Shown here: positions 1-9,232 of the stretch, in pieces
How positions within the stretch are numbered: the first letter of the stretch is position 1
Layout: each line of letters begins with the position of its first letter
From: a bacterium
GTDB lineage: Bacteria; Acidobacteriota; Blastocatellia; Pyrinomonadales; Pyrinomonadaceae
DNA: 64,000 nt
Assembly: GCA_040004575.1 (NCBI GenBank)
Contig: JBDUAQ010000001.1
Location: forward strand, 9,486-73,485
Direction: 5' to 3'
Notes under the pieces: generated by a model
Told to the model about the DNA's origin: nothing
The model's database searches: none
What the model saw: the letters and a program-made list of their open reading frames with translations, nothing else
Position numbers and translations under genes: made by a program

Positions 1-13
1 GGCCGACACGCGC

Positions 14-1177
14 GTGCCCAATGCCGAGAAACTCGTGGGCGAGTCAAAGCTGCCGGTCGCGGTAATAGCTACACCTGACGGTACGCCTGTCACCAAAGTC
101 GAGAACAATAATGGCAAGCTAAAAGTGGAGGCCGTAGAGAAGGTCCTCGATACGGAAGTTAAGACTCGAGGGACAGCCGTCGATGAGCAATTGAACGAAG
201 CCAAAGCGAAGGCTGCGGCGGGCCAAAAGGATGACGCGATCAAGCTCTTTCAAGCGGTGCTCGAACAGAAGTGCATGTTTCCAGGTAAGGCGAAAGCTGC
301 CGCGAAGGAACTCAAGAAGCTGGGCGTAAACGATGTTGCGAACCTGAGCGACGGCCCTGAGTTTAAGTCACCTGTTCTTGACGCGCGTCGGAGCGCCTTG
401 ATCGAACGGACCATGCAACGCGGCCTCATCGCCGAGAACGGTGCGAAGTATCTCGTGGCTGAGAAACTTTACCAGCGTGCGCGCGCGATGGATCCGGCTG
501 ACCCGACACCGCTGCGTTACCTCGGTGAACTCTATCGTCACGACCTCGGTGATTGGGACCAGGCGAAGACCACCTTCAATGCGATATTGAACATGCCCGC
601 CGATCCGCTCTCGCGCGCGGTCGCGCTACACGGCCTCGGCAAGATAACGATCCACGAAGGCGAGTTTAAAAAAGGACTCCACTTGATGGAGCAGTCGGTT
701 GCCGAGTATCCGCTGGCGCTTGCCTACCGCAATCTCGCGGTCTACTGGAATTCCGAAGGCGATCTGGCGCAGGGCAATGAGTACACACAGAAGGCGCTCG
801 CACTCGACCCGAAAGACCCATACAACCTGGTGTTCGCCGCCGTCTTCATGGCCGCTTCGGGTCACAAGGATGAGGCTTTGAAAGTTGCCCGAGCGAATAT
901 GAATCTGCTGCCGGCTTCCTACAACCTGGCGGCTATCTACGCGCAGAACGGTCAGCGCGACAAGGCCCTGGCATTTCTCAAGCGTCACTTCTATCAATAC
1001 GAGCGTTACCAGTCAGTACGCTCCAAGGAGATGATGGAAGCGCGCGTGGATGCCGTGTTTGATTCGCTGCGCAAGGATTCCGGTTTCATCGCGCTCACGC
1101 GCTACGCCGACGGGCGGCTGATGATGCCGATGAAACCGATTGGGACGCCGACAACCGAAGCGACTCCGAATCGATAA
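14..1177 (+). CDS. TPR repeat-containing protein (frame is open to the left window edge, possibly 5'-truncated)
   Basis: 387-aa ORF. Repeated TPR-like helical pairs, e.g. AYRNLAVYWNSEGDLAQGNEYTQKALALDP and NLAAIYAQNGQRDKALAFLKRH. No stop codon between nt 2 and 14. Confidence 0.7.
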   Translation: MPNAEKLVGESKLPVAVIATPDGTPVTKVENNNGKLKVEAVEKVLDTEVKTRGTAVDEQLNEAKAKAAAGQKDDAIKLFQAVLEQKCMFPGKAKAAAKELKKLGVNDVANLSDGPEFKSPVLDARRSALIERTMQRGLIAENGAKYLVAEKLYQRARAMDPADPTPLRYLGELYRHDLGDWDQAKTTFNAILNMPADPLSRAVALHGLGKITIHEGEFKKGLHLMEQSVAEYPLALAYRNLAVYWNSEGDLAQGNEYTQKALALDPKDPYNLVFAAVFMAASGHKDEALKVARANMNLLPASYNLAAIYAQNGQRDKALAFLKRHFYQYERYQSVRSKEMMEARVDAVFDSLRKDSGFIALTRYADGRLMMPMKPIGTPTTEATPNR

Positions 1178-1308
1178 TCTTGAACTCATCAACCTTGGTA
1201 AAGAGGCGGGCTACGGCTCGCCTCTTTACCTGTTCGAGACTCAAAAACAAACGCATATCGATACTTCAAGAAACAGCGATAGGTAGTCACAGCAAGAATA
1301 ACAACTTC

Positions 1309-1462
1309 ATGAGAATCGCAGTTATCGGATGGGGATCGATCTGGGACCCCAGAGAATTGCCGAAAGAGGGTATCTGAAGGAGGAGGGCCGAGTTTGCCCG
1401 TAGAGTTTTCTCGCGTGTCCCGAGACCTCGAATATCTTGCTTCCGGTGTGAACCGAAGTTAA
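1309..1462 (+). pseudogene. Decayed, frameshifted remnant of a small GWGSLIW-motif (ChaC/GGCT-like) gene
   Basis: MRIAVIGWGSIWDPRELPKEG ends at a TGA at 1375-1377. The next frame continues EGGGPSLPVEFSRVSRD and stops at 1460-1462. Two consecutive family-like motifs sit in the right order but in different frames, and the rest of the gene is missing. Confidence 0.3.
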
Positions 1463-1680
1463 GAAAGTTCTGCTGGCTACTGGAGAGTTGATTCTAAAAC
1501 CCGATCATCATCAGGAGCCGACATCCGCCGGCTGCCTGGCGCTACTACGAAATACTCACCCAAATCCGCAACGAGTTGCAAAAACGTCGGTAACCTGAAG
1601 ATATTTAGAGTTACGTCCTTAACTTTACATCCGGCATAGTCAAATGTAAGGTTCGCGCACGAGCTTTACACAGGTTACAG

Positions 1681-2283
1681 ATGGGCGTAGCAAAACTATC
1701 AGATCAGAACACAATCGTTCCCGCCGAGAGCAAGTATGCGCGCATCGAGCGCGAGCGGCGTTATCTCTTGCAGGATTTGCCGGAGGGGTTGTCCCGCGCC
1801 AGTCCGCACGTGCAAATAACCGACAACTACATAACGGGCACGCGTCTGCGGCTAAGGAAGGTGCGCGATCCGCAAACAAACAAGTGGACCGTAAAGTTGA
1901 CGCAGAAGTTTGCTCCCGACCCCGAAGACCTCTCGCGCACCGTTGTCACAAATATCTATCTCAACGCGTTGGAAACGGAAATGCTCGCCGTCTCAGATGC
2001 CAACGAGATTCGCAAGAATCGTTACGCGTTTGAATTCGAGGGGCGGCAGTTTTCCGTCGACATGTTTCTTGGTGACTTGTTTGGCCTGGTGTTGGCCGAG
2101 GTTAGTTTTGAAACCGACGACGAACTGAATGACTATCCCAAGCCGCCGTTTGCGATCGCCGACGTGACCAATAACGAACTGTTCACCGGCGGCAAGCTCT
2201 GCCAAATAGCGTTTGCGGATATTCGAGAGGCGATCAGGCTATCGGGCCCCGGTGCACTAGCGGGCTCGAGTTCTGCGAGTTAA
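1681..2283 (+). CDS. CYTH domain protein (triphosphate tunnel metalloenzyme family)
   Basis: 200 aa. N-terminal ExExK-like acidic/basic strand (YARIERERRYLL), then ITDNYITGTRLRLRKV and a size typical of the CYTH fold. Confidence 0.7.
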   Translation: MGVAKLSDQNTIVPAESKYARIERERRYLLQDLPEGLSRASPHVQITDNYITGTRLRLRKVRDPQTNKWTVKLTQKFAPDPEDLSRTVVTNIYLNALETEMLAVSDANEIRKNRYAFEFEGRQFSVDMFLGDLFGLVLAEVSFETDDELNDYPKPPFAIADVTNNELFTGGKLCQIAFADIREAIRLSGPGALAGSSSAS

Positions 2284-2290
2284 GACTGAG

Positions 2291-3466
2291 ATGATTATGA
2301 GTTCACCCAAGCAATTACTGACGTCCATCGCCTTGATCGCGTTCCTGGTCTTTACCGGTTGCCGGAGGACACCGACAACGAATGAACAAACCGCCGCAGC
2401 TCCAGCCGATGGGCAGGAGCGCCTGCATCCGGACAGCGGGATCACAGCACCGGTTGAAACCAGGTTCTTCGAAGGCTCGATTGGCAACGCGCTTGATTTG
2501 CAAATGAAGCTCGTGCGGGAAGGGGAAAAACTAACCGGTTCCTATTTTTATCAGAAGGTCGGAACCAAAATTGACTTGCGTGGCAGCTTAGATAAAGACG
2601 GGAACGTGACTCTCCAGGAATTGGATGCGAGCGGCAAGCAAACCGGGGTGTTTAAGGGACTTTGGAAACAGACTGCCGAGGGAACGATTGAGATCACCGG
2701 AGACTGGACGAAGCCGAACAGCGAAAAGAAGACGACGTTTAAGCTGCATCAACAGCCGATTGAATTCAGTAACGGCGCCGAAATCATCTCGAAGCAAATC
2801 AAAGAGAAAAACAAAAAGCTGAAGTATGAAGTTGCTGCGGCGTATCCGCAGTTGACGGGATCAGTAGATCCCAATTACGAAAAGTTTAATCAAACGATTC
2901 GTAGCTTGATTAACCGGAAGGTGAGCGACTTCAAGAAGGGGATGACGCCCACCGCTGAAGACGAGCCAACGCCGGACGAAACTCCAGCGGAATCTTTGGG
3001 TAGCGATATCACTATCGGTTACACGGTGGCGCTGGCAAAGGACGATCTGATCGCCATTGAGTTTACGGTAAGCGATTATGAGGCAGGGGCGGCGCACCCG
3101 AATTCCTACACAGAAGTGGTGAACTTCGATTTGAAGAACGGGAAGTTACTAAAACTTGCCGACCTCTTCCAGCCCGGCGCGAAATACTTGCAGACCCTCT
3201 CGACGTATTGCATTCAAGCGTTAAAGAAGCAGGCGAAGGAACAAGGCGCTGACGCAATGCTGGATGACGACTGGGTTAAGAAAGGCGCCGGAGCCGAATT
3301 GACGAACTACGATAACTGGACCATCACGAAGAAAGGGTTGGGAATTACTTTTGATCCTTATCAGGTAGCCGCCTACGCTGCCGGCCCTCAGACTGTTACG
3401 GTGCCGTATTCAACATTGAAAGATATTATTAAGCCGGATGGTCCGGTAGGGCAGTTTGCGAAGTAG
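2291..3466 (+). CDS. Lipoprotein, DUF4163/DUF3298 (RsiV/PdaC-like) domain protein
   Basis: 391 aa. Signal peptide with lipobox (LVFTGC). The C-terminal half resembles DUF3298 (YPQLTGSVDPNYEKFNQTIRSLINRKVSDF ... DYEAGAAHPNSYTEVVNFDLKNGK). Confidence 0.6.
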   Translation: MIMSSPKQLLTSIALIAFLVFTGCRRTPTTNEQTAAAPADGQERLHPDSGITAPVETRFFEGSIGNALDLQMKLVREGEKLTGSYFYQKVGTKIDLRGSLDKDGNVTLQELDASGKQTGVFKGLWKQTAEGTIEITGDWTKPNSEKKTTFKLHQQPIEFSNGAEIISKQIKEKNKKLKYEVAAAYPQLTGSVDPNYEKFNQTIRSLINRKVSDFKKGMTPTAEDEPTPDETPAESLGSDITIGYTVALAKDDLIAIEFTVSDYEAGAAHPNSYTEVVNFDLKNGKLLKLADLFQPGAKYLQTLSTYCIQALKKQAKEQGADAMLDDDWVKKGAGAELTNYDNWTITKKGLGITFDPYQVAAYAAGPQTVTVPYSTLKDIIKPDGPVGQFAK

Positions 3467-3497
3467 CAGCACCTGATTCGTTGAGACGTAGTTCACC

Positions 3498-3716
3498 ATG
3501 AACCGTTGGCTTGGACTATTCGTGGTTGCAGGCGGTATCTGCCTGATTATGATTGGACTCTTGATCTACTCGGGGGGATTCAACTGGTTTGGGAAGTTGC
3601 CGGGCGACATTCATCATGAGGGCGAGCGCGTGCAGGTTTACATTCCAATTGTCTCGATGCTGTTGGTGTCGCTGGCGTTGAGCTTGATTTTTTATTTGCT
3701 GCGACGGTTTTTCTGA
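3498..3716 (+). CDS. DUF2905 family small membrane protein
   Basis: 72 aa with two TM segments and the signature GKLPGDIHHEGERVQVYIPIVSMLL. Confidence 0.8.
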   Translation: MNRWLGLFVVAGGICLIMIGLLIYSGGFNWFGKLPGDIHHEGERVQVYIPIVSMLLVSLALSLIFYLLRRFF

Positions 3717-3722
3717 GAAGTA

Positions 3723-3744
3723 GGACAGGCATTCCTGCCTGTCC
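3723..3744. terminator. Hairpin GGACAGGCA-ttcc-TGCCTGTCC between convergent genes; one of two identical copies
   Basis: 9-bp stem with a 4-nt loop, 7 nt after the DUF2905 stop. A T-run lies at 3755-3759. The same 26 nt recur at 33281-33306. Confidence 0.45.
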
Positions 3745-3802
3745 TCCTGGGAGTTTTTCCAACGCTAAGACAGAAGAGATTTTCCATTTCTCATTTTTCA
3801 TT

Positions 3803-5062
3803 TTAAGACACATCCGCGTCTGAGTAGTCTGCTGCATGGGTTCGCGCGAAATAGATCGCCAGCAGCAAAGCAACAAGCATGATTGCTGAGGCGACCCAGA
3901 ACGTAACAAACAACGAGTGGTCGCTCATGAAGTGTGGTTCACCATCCGCGCCACGGTAAGCAATGGCGCTGTGAATCAACACCGCAGCCAGTGCTGGGCC
4001 AACGGCTCGTGCCAAACTCGCCACTGACTGCGTGACGCCGAGCACGCTTCCTTGTTCACCCGCACCCACACTTTTCGAAGCCAGGCTTGTCAGCGAAGGC
4101 GCAGACAAAGAGTTGCCGATTGAGAACAGACCGCCGCCAACCAGTAGTGCCGCCAGTCCACCTGCTTCCGGTCCGACGAAGGGAACAGCAAAGAGACTGC
4201 CGGCAAACAGGAAAGCACCGAGTATCACCAGCGACAACTCCCCGAAGCGCTTCACCAATCGCCCAATTAATCCCCCCTGCACGATGACCGCGAGGATGCC
4301 GACGTAAGCGAAGAGGTAACCAGTGTGTTGCGCGTCGTAGCCGAAGCGAAACATCGTGTAAAGCGAAAAGGCGGTCGTCATTATTGAGAAGGCGACGATG
4401 AACATGAAGTAGATGATGAGCACATACCCAAGCCGCGGGTTGCGGAGCGATTGGATCAACTGGGCCAGACCCCGCCCGCCGGCAGCCGAGACGCGAGCTG
4501 GGTGATCGGGTGTGACAGTCTCCGGCAAAGTGAAGTAAAGCAGCAACGCGTTTGCGAAGCACAGACCGGCGGCAAACAGGAAAGGCACCGCAATGCCCCA
4601 GTGGCTCAGTATGCCGCCGATGGCCGGACCAAAAACAAAACCCAAACCAAAGGCCGCGCCAATCAAGCCCATTCCTTTCGCGCGGTCTTCCTTCGTGGTG
4701 ATGTCGGCAATGTAAGCCTGCGCGGTCGAGATGTTTCCCCCGGTGATTCCGTCAAGGATGCGGCCGACGAAAAGCATCCAGAGCGTAGTGGCGAAGCCAA
4801 GTATCAGGAACCCAATGCCGGTGCCGATGATCGAAACGAGTAAGACGGGCCGGCGTCCATGCTTGTCTGAGAGTCGACCCAGGATGGGCGCGAAGATCAA
4901 CTGCATGACGGAATAGGACGCGAAGAGCAGTCCAACGGTGCGCGGAGTGGCATTGAATCGTGAGCCCTCGGCGTAGAACGGCAACACCGGAATAACGATA
5001 CCGAACCCGACCAGATCGATGAATACGGTCGTGAAGATGACGACCAACGGAGAGCGTTTCAT
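3803..5062 (-). CDS. MFS transporter (drug:H+ antiporter / Tet-like family)
   Basis: 419 aa with about 12 TM segments. MFS motif A-like GRLSDKHGRRPVLL after TM2. Confidence 0.85.
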   Translation of the reverse strand: MKRSPLVVIFTTVFIDLVGFGIVIPVLPFYAEGSRFNATPRTVGLLFASYSVMQLIFAPILGRLSDKHGRRPVLLVSIIGTGIGFLILGFATTLWMLFVGRILDGITGGNISTAQAYIADITTKEDRAKGMGLIGAAFGLGFVFGPAIGGILSHWGIAVPFLFAAGLCFANALLLYFTLPETVTPDHPARVSAAGGRGLAQLIQSLRNPRLGYVLIIYFMFIVAFSIMTTAFSLYTMFRFGYDAQHTGYLFAYVGILAVIVQGGLIGRLVKRFGELSLVILGAFLFAGSLFAVPFVGPEAGGLAALLVGGGLFSIGNSLSAPSLTSLASKSVGAGEQGSVLGVTQSVASLARAVGPALAAVLIHSAIAYRGADGEPHFMSDHSLFVTFWVASAIMLVALLLAIYFARTHAADYSDADVS

Positions 5063-5164
5063 GGGCTAGTAAATAGGAAATTCAGATTTGTGTTGGTAAG
5101 AAGTTTGCATGAGCGCAATGAATCGAGAAGTCATAGTCGCGATTAACTATTTACGATTTACTAT

Positions 5165-5626
5165 TCACCATTTACCGTTCTTCCACCTTCTGCGACCACT
5201 CGAAAGGCTGCGATCAATTGAGGCCATGCCGCCGCCGGAGATCATGAGCGCCAGCGACATAGCGAATAATGCCATCGCATACTCGTACCCGCCTTTTTGG
5301 ATCGAGAAGCCGGCCGGCCAGAGAACAGAACTGATTGCTGTGGCCATAGTGCAGGCAATGAGAAACGCGCCAACGCGAGTGAGCAGCCCGAGAAAAACCA
5401 ATATGCTTCCCAGGAGCTCCGAAAATGCCGCGGCACCCCACCAGAGCCAAGCTGGGCGCATAAAACCAAACGGCGCCGGACCGGAATTGACGAACTTGTT
5501 CAACCCCGGCCCGCCGAAGCTGCCAAAAACCTTCTCGGCACCGTGGAAAAAGAACACCGTCGCCAAAGCCAATCTTATTGGAATCGTAGCCCATGATGAG
5601 GACGTTGAAATTATTTTTCTAAACAT
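5165..5626 (-). CDS. DoxX family membrane protein
   Basis: ATIPIRLALATVFFFHGAEKVFGSFGG is typical of DoxX. I prefer the ATG at 5626 (AAAGGA upstream) over the TTG at 5686, which lies inside a repeat element. Confidence 0.75.
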   Translation of the reverse strand: MFRKIISTSSSWATIPIRLALATVFFFHGAEKVFGSFGGPGLNKFVNSGPAPFGFMRPAWLWWGAAAFSELLGSILVFLGLLTRVGAFLIACTMATAISSVLWPAGFSIQKGGYEYAMALFAMSLALMISGGGMASIDRSLSSGRRRWKNGKW

Positions 5627-5677
5627 AAAAGAAAATCCTTTCACTCCGCGGGAGCCTGAGACAGCGTCCCAGATATT

Positions 5678-5752
5678 AAAGGGCAAAGCGCAAAGAGCAA
5701 AGGGGCAGAGCCGGTTACTTGATCGTTTGCTCTTAGCCCTTCGCCCTTTGCG
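5678..5752. repeat. Imperfect palindromic element of the GGCGAAGGG/CCCTTCGCC family
   Basis: AAAGGGCAAAGCGCAAAGAGCAAAGGGG ... TGCTCTTAGCCCTTCGCCCTTTGCG lies directly downstream of the thioredoxin gene. A related hairpin lies at 6286-6320. Confidence 0.4.
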
Positions 5753-5754
5753 TT

Positions 5755-6210
5755 CTACGAGACGTGGACCATGAGTCGGGCGGCGATGGCTGGCTTTGGT
5801 TGCGCGCCAACGAGCCGGTCAACAAGTTTGCCGTTCTTGAATATGAGCATCGTGGGAATACTCTGAATCTGGAATTGCGTCGCGGTTGCCGGGTTTTCAT
5901 CGACGTTCAATTTCGCGATGCGATAACGGCCATTTGATTCGGCGGCGAGTTGTTCCATGATTGGCCCCACCATGCGACAAGGTCCGCACCAGGGCGCCCA
6001 GGCGTCGAGCAGGACCGGCCGTTCGCTGCCGTCGATCACGTCACGCTGAAAAGTGCTGTCAGTCACTATCAGCGGTTTTGTTTCCGTCTCCGCGGCTCTG
6101 CTCAGGTCCAGCGGGGTGCCACACTTGCCGCACTTGGCGACTTGTTCAGCCGCCTGGCGCGGGTCGACGCGGTTCTTCGTTCCACACTTGTTGCAAGCTA
6201 CGACAGGCAT
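5755..6210 (-). CDS. trxC: Thioredoxin, Trx2 type with N-terminal zinc-finger extension
   Basis: 151 aa. Two N-terminal CxxC pairs (CNKCG ... CGKCG) and active site WAPWCGPCR. GAGGAA Shine-Dalgarno 7 nt before the ATG. Confidence 0.85.
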   Translation of the reverse strand: MPVVACNKCGTKNRVDPRQAAEQVAKCGKCGTPLDLSRAAETETKPLIVTDSTFQRDVIDGSERPVLLDAWAPWCGPCRMVGPIMEQLAAESNGRYRIAKLNVDENPATATQFQIQSIPTMLIFKNGKLVDRLVGAQPKPAIAARLMVHVS

Positions 6211-6285
6211 TTCTTTGTTCCTCAGCGTTACAAAAATTCAAAGCGATTATTCCTGCAAGAGTGTAAAGGGTAATAGGGTAAGAGG

Positions 6286-6320
6286 GGAAAAGGCGAAGGG
6301 TTTTTCCCTGCGCCCTTTCC
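6286..6320. repeat. Hairpin GGAAAAGGCGAAGGG-ttttt-CCCTGCGCCCTTTCC in the trxC/M61 divergent region
   Basis: 15-nt arms with 13/15 complementary. Shares the GGCGAAGGG core with the element at 5678-5752, in opposite orientation. Confidence 0.45.
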
Positions 6321-6366
6321 ATGCGTTTAGACTGGCCGAAGTTCTTCGTAGTAACATGGCTGCGCA

Positions 6367-8298
6367 ATGAAACCACAAATCGGACGGCAATACTTTACGA
6401 CTGGCTCATGTCTGCTGGGCCTGGCACTGATAATTTTAGGGACGACACTTTCAGGCGCTGCTCAAGCCAAGCAGCAGCAGCCGGACATCGCCTACACTGT
6501 TTCAATGCCCAAGCCGCACACTCACATGCTCGACGTCGAGGTCAGAATCAAACATGGCCCCGGCGAACCAGCCGCTAAAGAAGAGTTGCTGGTGCTACCG
6601 GTGTGGACGCCCGGCTCCTACCTGATACGCGAATTTGAACGCCACGTGCAGGACTTCGAGGCGACCGACTCCGCGGGCCAGACTGTTAGTTGGGGGAAAG
6701 TGAACAAGAATACCTGGCGGATTGTGACCAACGGCGCGCGTGAATGGAAGGCGAGTTATCGCGTTTATGCGAACGAGCTTTCGGTGCGGACGAGTGAAGT
6801 TAATTCTGATCACGCGTTTTGGAACAACGCCACCCTGCTGATGTATCCCGAGGGGTTTGTGCAGGCGCCTTCAACTCTGCACGTGATCGCGCCCGAGCCC
6901 TGGAAGGTTGCGACCGGGCTGCCACCGGTGCCGGGGGTAAAGAATACGTTTCGCGCTGCGAACTTTGATACCCTCTACGACTCTCCGGTTGAAGTCAGCA
7001 ACTTCAAGACGCTCTCGTTTGCAGTTAAAGGAGTGCCGCACCGGATCGTGATCGACGGCGAAGGAAATTACGATCCTGAGAAGATGCGCGCGGATGTGAA
7101 GAAGATCGTCGAGACGGAGGTGGAGTTGATGGGCGGCGAGATTCCTTACCACGACTACACGTTCATCCTTCATTTGCGATCGAATACGGGCGGTGGACTG
7201 GAACATTTGAACTCGACAGCGCTCGGCTATCCGCGTTTTGGTTTTGGACCTGAACCCAAAGAATCCAGCGGGGGAGTGAATTCAGCCGGACCGAACGCGC
7301 CCAGGCCGCGAACGTACCGCGGATTCCTCTCGTTAGTTGCGCACGAGTTTTTTCACCTCTGGAACGTCAAGCGAATTCGTCCCGATGCGCTCGGGCCTTT
7401 TGATTACACGAAAGAAAACTACACCCGATCGCTGTGGGTTGCGGAAGGAATAACGGACTACTATGCGCAACTCGTCTTGCGCCGGGCTGGTTTTATTTCC
7501 GATAAGGAGTTCTTGAGGGATCGCGCCAGGGCCTTCCAAAATTTGCAGAACACGCCGGGTCGTTTGGTGATGAGCGCCGAAGATGCGAGCTTCGATACCT
7601 GGATCAAGTATTACCGGCAAGACGAAAATTCGGTTAACTCGCAAGTGGATTATTACGACAAAGGCGCAATTCTCGGTTTTCTTTTGGATCTGGAGATTCG
7701 CAGGCAGAGCCACGCAGCCAAGTCTCTCGACGATGTAATGCGTTACCTGTATGCGGAGTTTTACAAGCGCGACCGCAACTATACACCCGAAGATTTTCAG
7801 AAGGCTTGCGAGTTGCTGGCCGGCTCGAGTCTGGAACAGTTTTTTGCCAGGCATGTTCGCGGTCGCGAAGAGCTTGATTACGACGCACTACTGGCCGCGG
7901 CTGGTCTACGGTTGGACACGACGGCGGCAGCCGACGGAAGCAAGGCCGTTGAGAAAGCGTATCTCGGCGCGGAGTTGGCGCAGGAAGGCGAACGGCTGCT
8001 GGTCAGGCGCGTCTATGCCGGCTCTCCGGCGTATGAACAGGGCTTGAATACCGGCGATCAGATTGTTGCTTTGAACAACATGCGCGCGAACAAGGATTTC
8101 TTCGACGCGCGTTTGGCCGAGAAACACCCGGGCGATTTGCTGAACCTATCAATCTTCCGCTCGGACGATCTGAGTTTGTTGTTAATCAAACTCGGTGGGC
8201 GAGTGGACGCGACCTATCGTATCCTGCCCGTGGATAAACCATCTGATGAGCAGAAGCGTATTTACCAATCATGGCTGGGCTCACCGTGGGGGAACTAA
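6367..8298 (+). CDS. M61 family glycyl aminopeptidase with C-terminal PDZ domain
   Basis: 643 aa with a signal peptide. Zinc motif HEFFHLWNVKRIRP, and a PDZ-like segment GAELAQEGERLLVRRVYAGSPAYEQGLNTGDQIVALNN. Confidence 0.85.
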   Translation: MKPQIGRQYFTTGSCLLGLALIILGTTLSGAAQAKQQQPDIAYTVSMPKPHTHMLDVEVRIKHGPGEPAAKEELLVLPVWTPGSYLIREFERHVQDFEATDSAGQTVSWGKVNKNTWRIVTNGAREWKASYRVYANELSVRTSEVNSDHAFWNNATLLMYPEGFVQAPSTLHVIAPEPWKVATGLPPVPGVKNTFRAANFDTLYDSPVEVSNFKTLSFAVKGVPHRIVIDGEGNYDPEKMRADVKKIVETEVELMGGEIPYHDYTFILHLRSNTGGGLEHLNSTALGYPRFGFGPEPKESSGGVNSAGPNAPRPRTYRGFLSLVAHEFFHLWNVKRIRPDALGPFDYTKENYTRSLWVAEGITDYYAQLVLRRAGFISDKEFLRDRARAFQNLQNTPGRLVMSAEDASFDTWIKYYRQDENSVNSQVDYYDKGAILGFLLDLEIRRQSHAAKSLDDVMRYLYAEFYKRDRNYTPEDFQKACELLAGSSLEQFFARHVRGREELDYDALLAAAGLRLDTTAAADGSKAVEKAYLGAELAQEGERLLVRRVYAGSPAYEQGLNTGDQIVALNNMRANKDFFDARLAEKHPGDLLNLSIFRSDDLSLLLIKLGGRVDATYRILPVDKPSDEQKRIYQSWLGSPWGN

Positions 8299-8440
8299 TT
8301 ACGGAAGACAGCAGGTCTTATTTTACCCCTGTACAGTTAACACACAGAGAGCAAGATTAGGACACGACCTTGGGAACCCTGCAGTCGGTTTGCAAAAAAC
8401 GTACAATGAAATCGGAAGACTTGCGAAGGTACATTTCGGA

Positions 8441-9220
8441 ATGCCTGATAACTATCAGTACATCAAATTCAAGATCGAGGATCGCGCGGCTCGCATAACG
8501 TTTGCGCGGCCGCCCCTCAACATCTTCAACATCGCAATGATGGGGGAGATCAACGACGCGCTGACAGAGTGTGCTCACGAGAGAACCTTAGCGGCGATCG
8601 TGTTTGACGCTGCCCCGGATTCGAACGCCTTTAGCGCCGGCGTCGCGGTTGAAGAGCACGTCGAAGAAACAATCTTTCAAATGCTCGAATCCTTCCATGC
8701 GATCTTTCGCAACCTCGAGCAAATCGCCCGGCCAACCATTGCCATAGTTGATGGAGCGGCGCTCGGGGGCGGCTGCGAACTGGTGGCCGCTTGCGATATT
8801 GTCATTGCCAGCGAGCGCGCTCGCTTTGGCCAGCCTGAAATCAAGCTGGGTGTATTTCCACCCGTGGCCGCGATCCTGCTACCGCTGGTCATTGGCGATA
8901 AGCGCGCGCGCGAGTTGATCCTGACGGGCGAGCTGATTGAGGCCGGCGAGGCGGCGCGCTTGGGTTTGGTGAATTACCTGTTACCGGGCAACGAGCTTGA
9001 GAAAAAAACATCTGAACTACTTGCGCGGTTTCAAAATCTTTCGTCGAACGCGCTCGCGTTTACTAAGCAGGCTATCGATCTCGGTCGCGGCCGTTCATTG
9101 GATTCTGCATTGAAGGAAGTGGAAGGTTTATATCTCAATGAACTGATGAAAACCCACGATGCAAGCGAAGGCGTCAAGGCTTTCACGGAAAAACGTAAGC
9201 CTGAATGGCGCCACCGCTGA
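8441..9220 (+). CDS. Enoyl-CoA hydratase/isomerase (crotonase) family protein
   Basis: The internal ATG at 8441 gives 259 aa starting MPDNYQYIKFKIEDRAARITFARPPLN. Crotonase oxyanion region FSAGVAVEEH ... GAALGGGCELVAACD. The longer ORF from 8195 would overlap the M61 gene. Confidence 0.85.
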   Translation: MPDNYQYIKFKIEDRAARITFARPPLNIFNIAMMGEINDALTECAHERTLAAIVFDAAPDSNAFSAGVAVEEHVEETIFQMLESFHAIFRNLEQIARPTIAIVDGAALGGGCELVAACDIVIASERARFGQPEIKLGVFPPVAAILLPLVIGDKRARELILTGELIEAGEAARLGLVNYLLPGNELEKKTSELLARFQNLSSNALAFTKQAIDLGRGRSLDSALKEVEGLYLNELMKTHDASEGVKAFTEKRKPEWRHR

Positions 9221-9232
9221 CCGGAAAGATCA

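Noticed and set aside
6421-6440. Other TGGCAC / GTGCCA hexamers, for example near 6422, 28845, 30431, 43145, 44005, 49075 and 62916
   Set aside because: They lie inside coding regions and lack a TTGC element at the required 5-nt spacing.
8195-8440. Long form of the enoyl-CoA hydratase ORF starting at 8195
   Set aside because: It would overlap the M61 peptidase gene by about 100 nt, and its first 82 residues have no crotonase similarity. The ATG at 8441 gives the typical family N-terminus.
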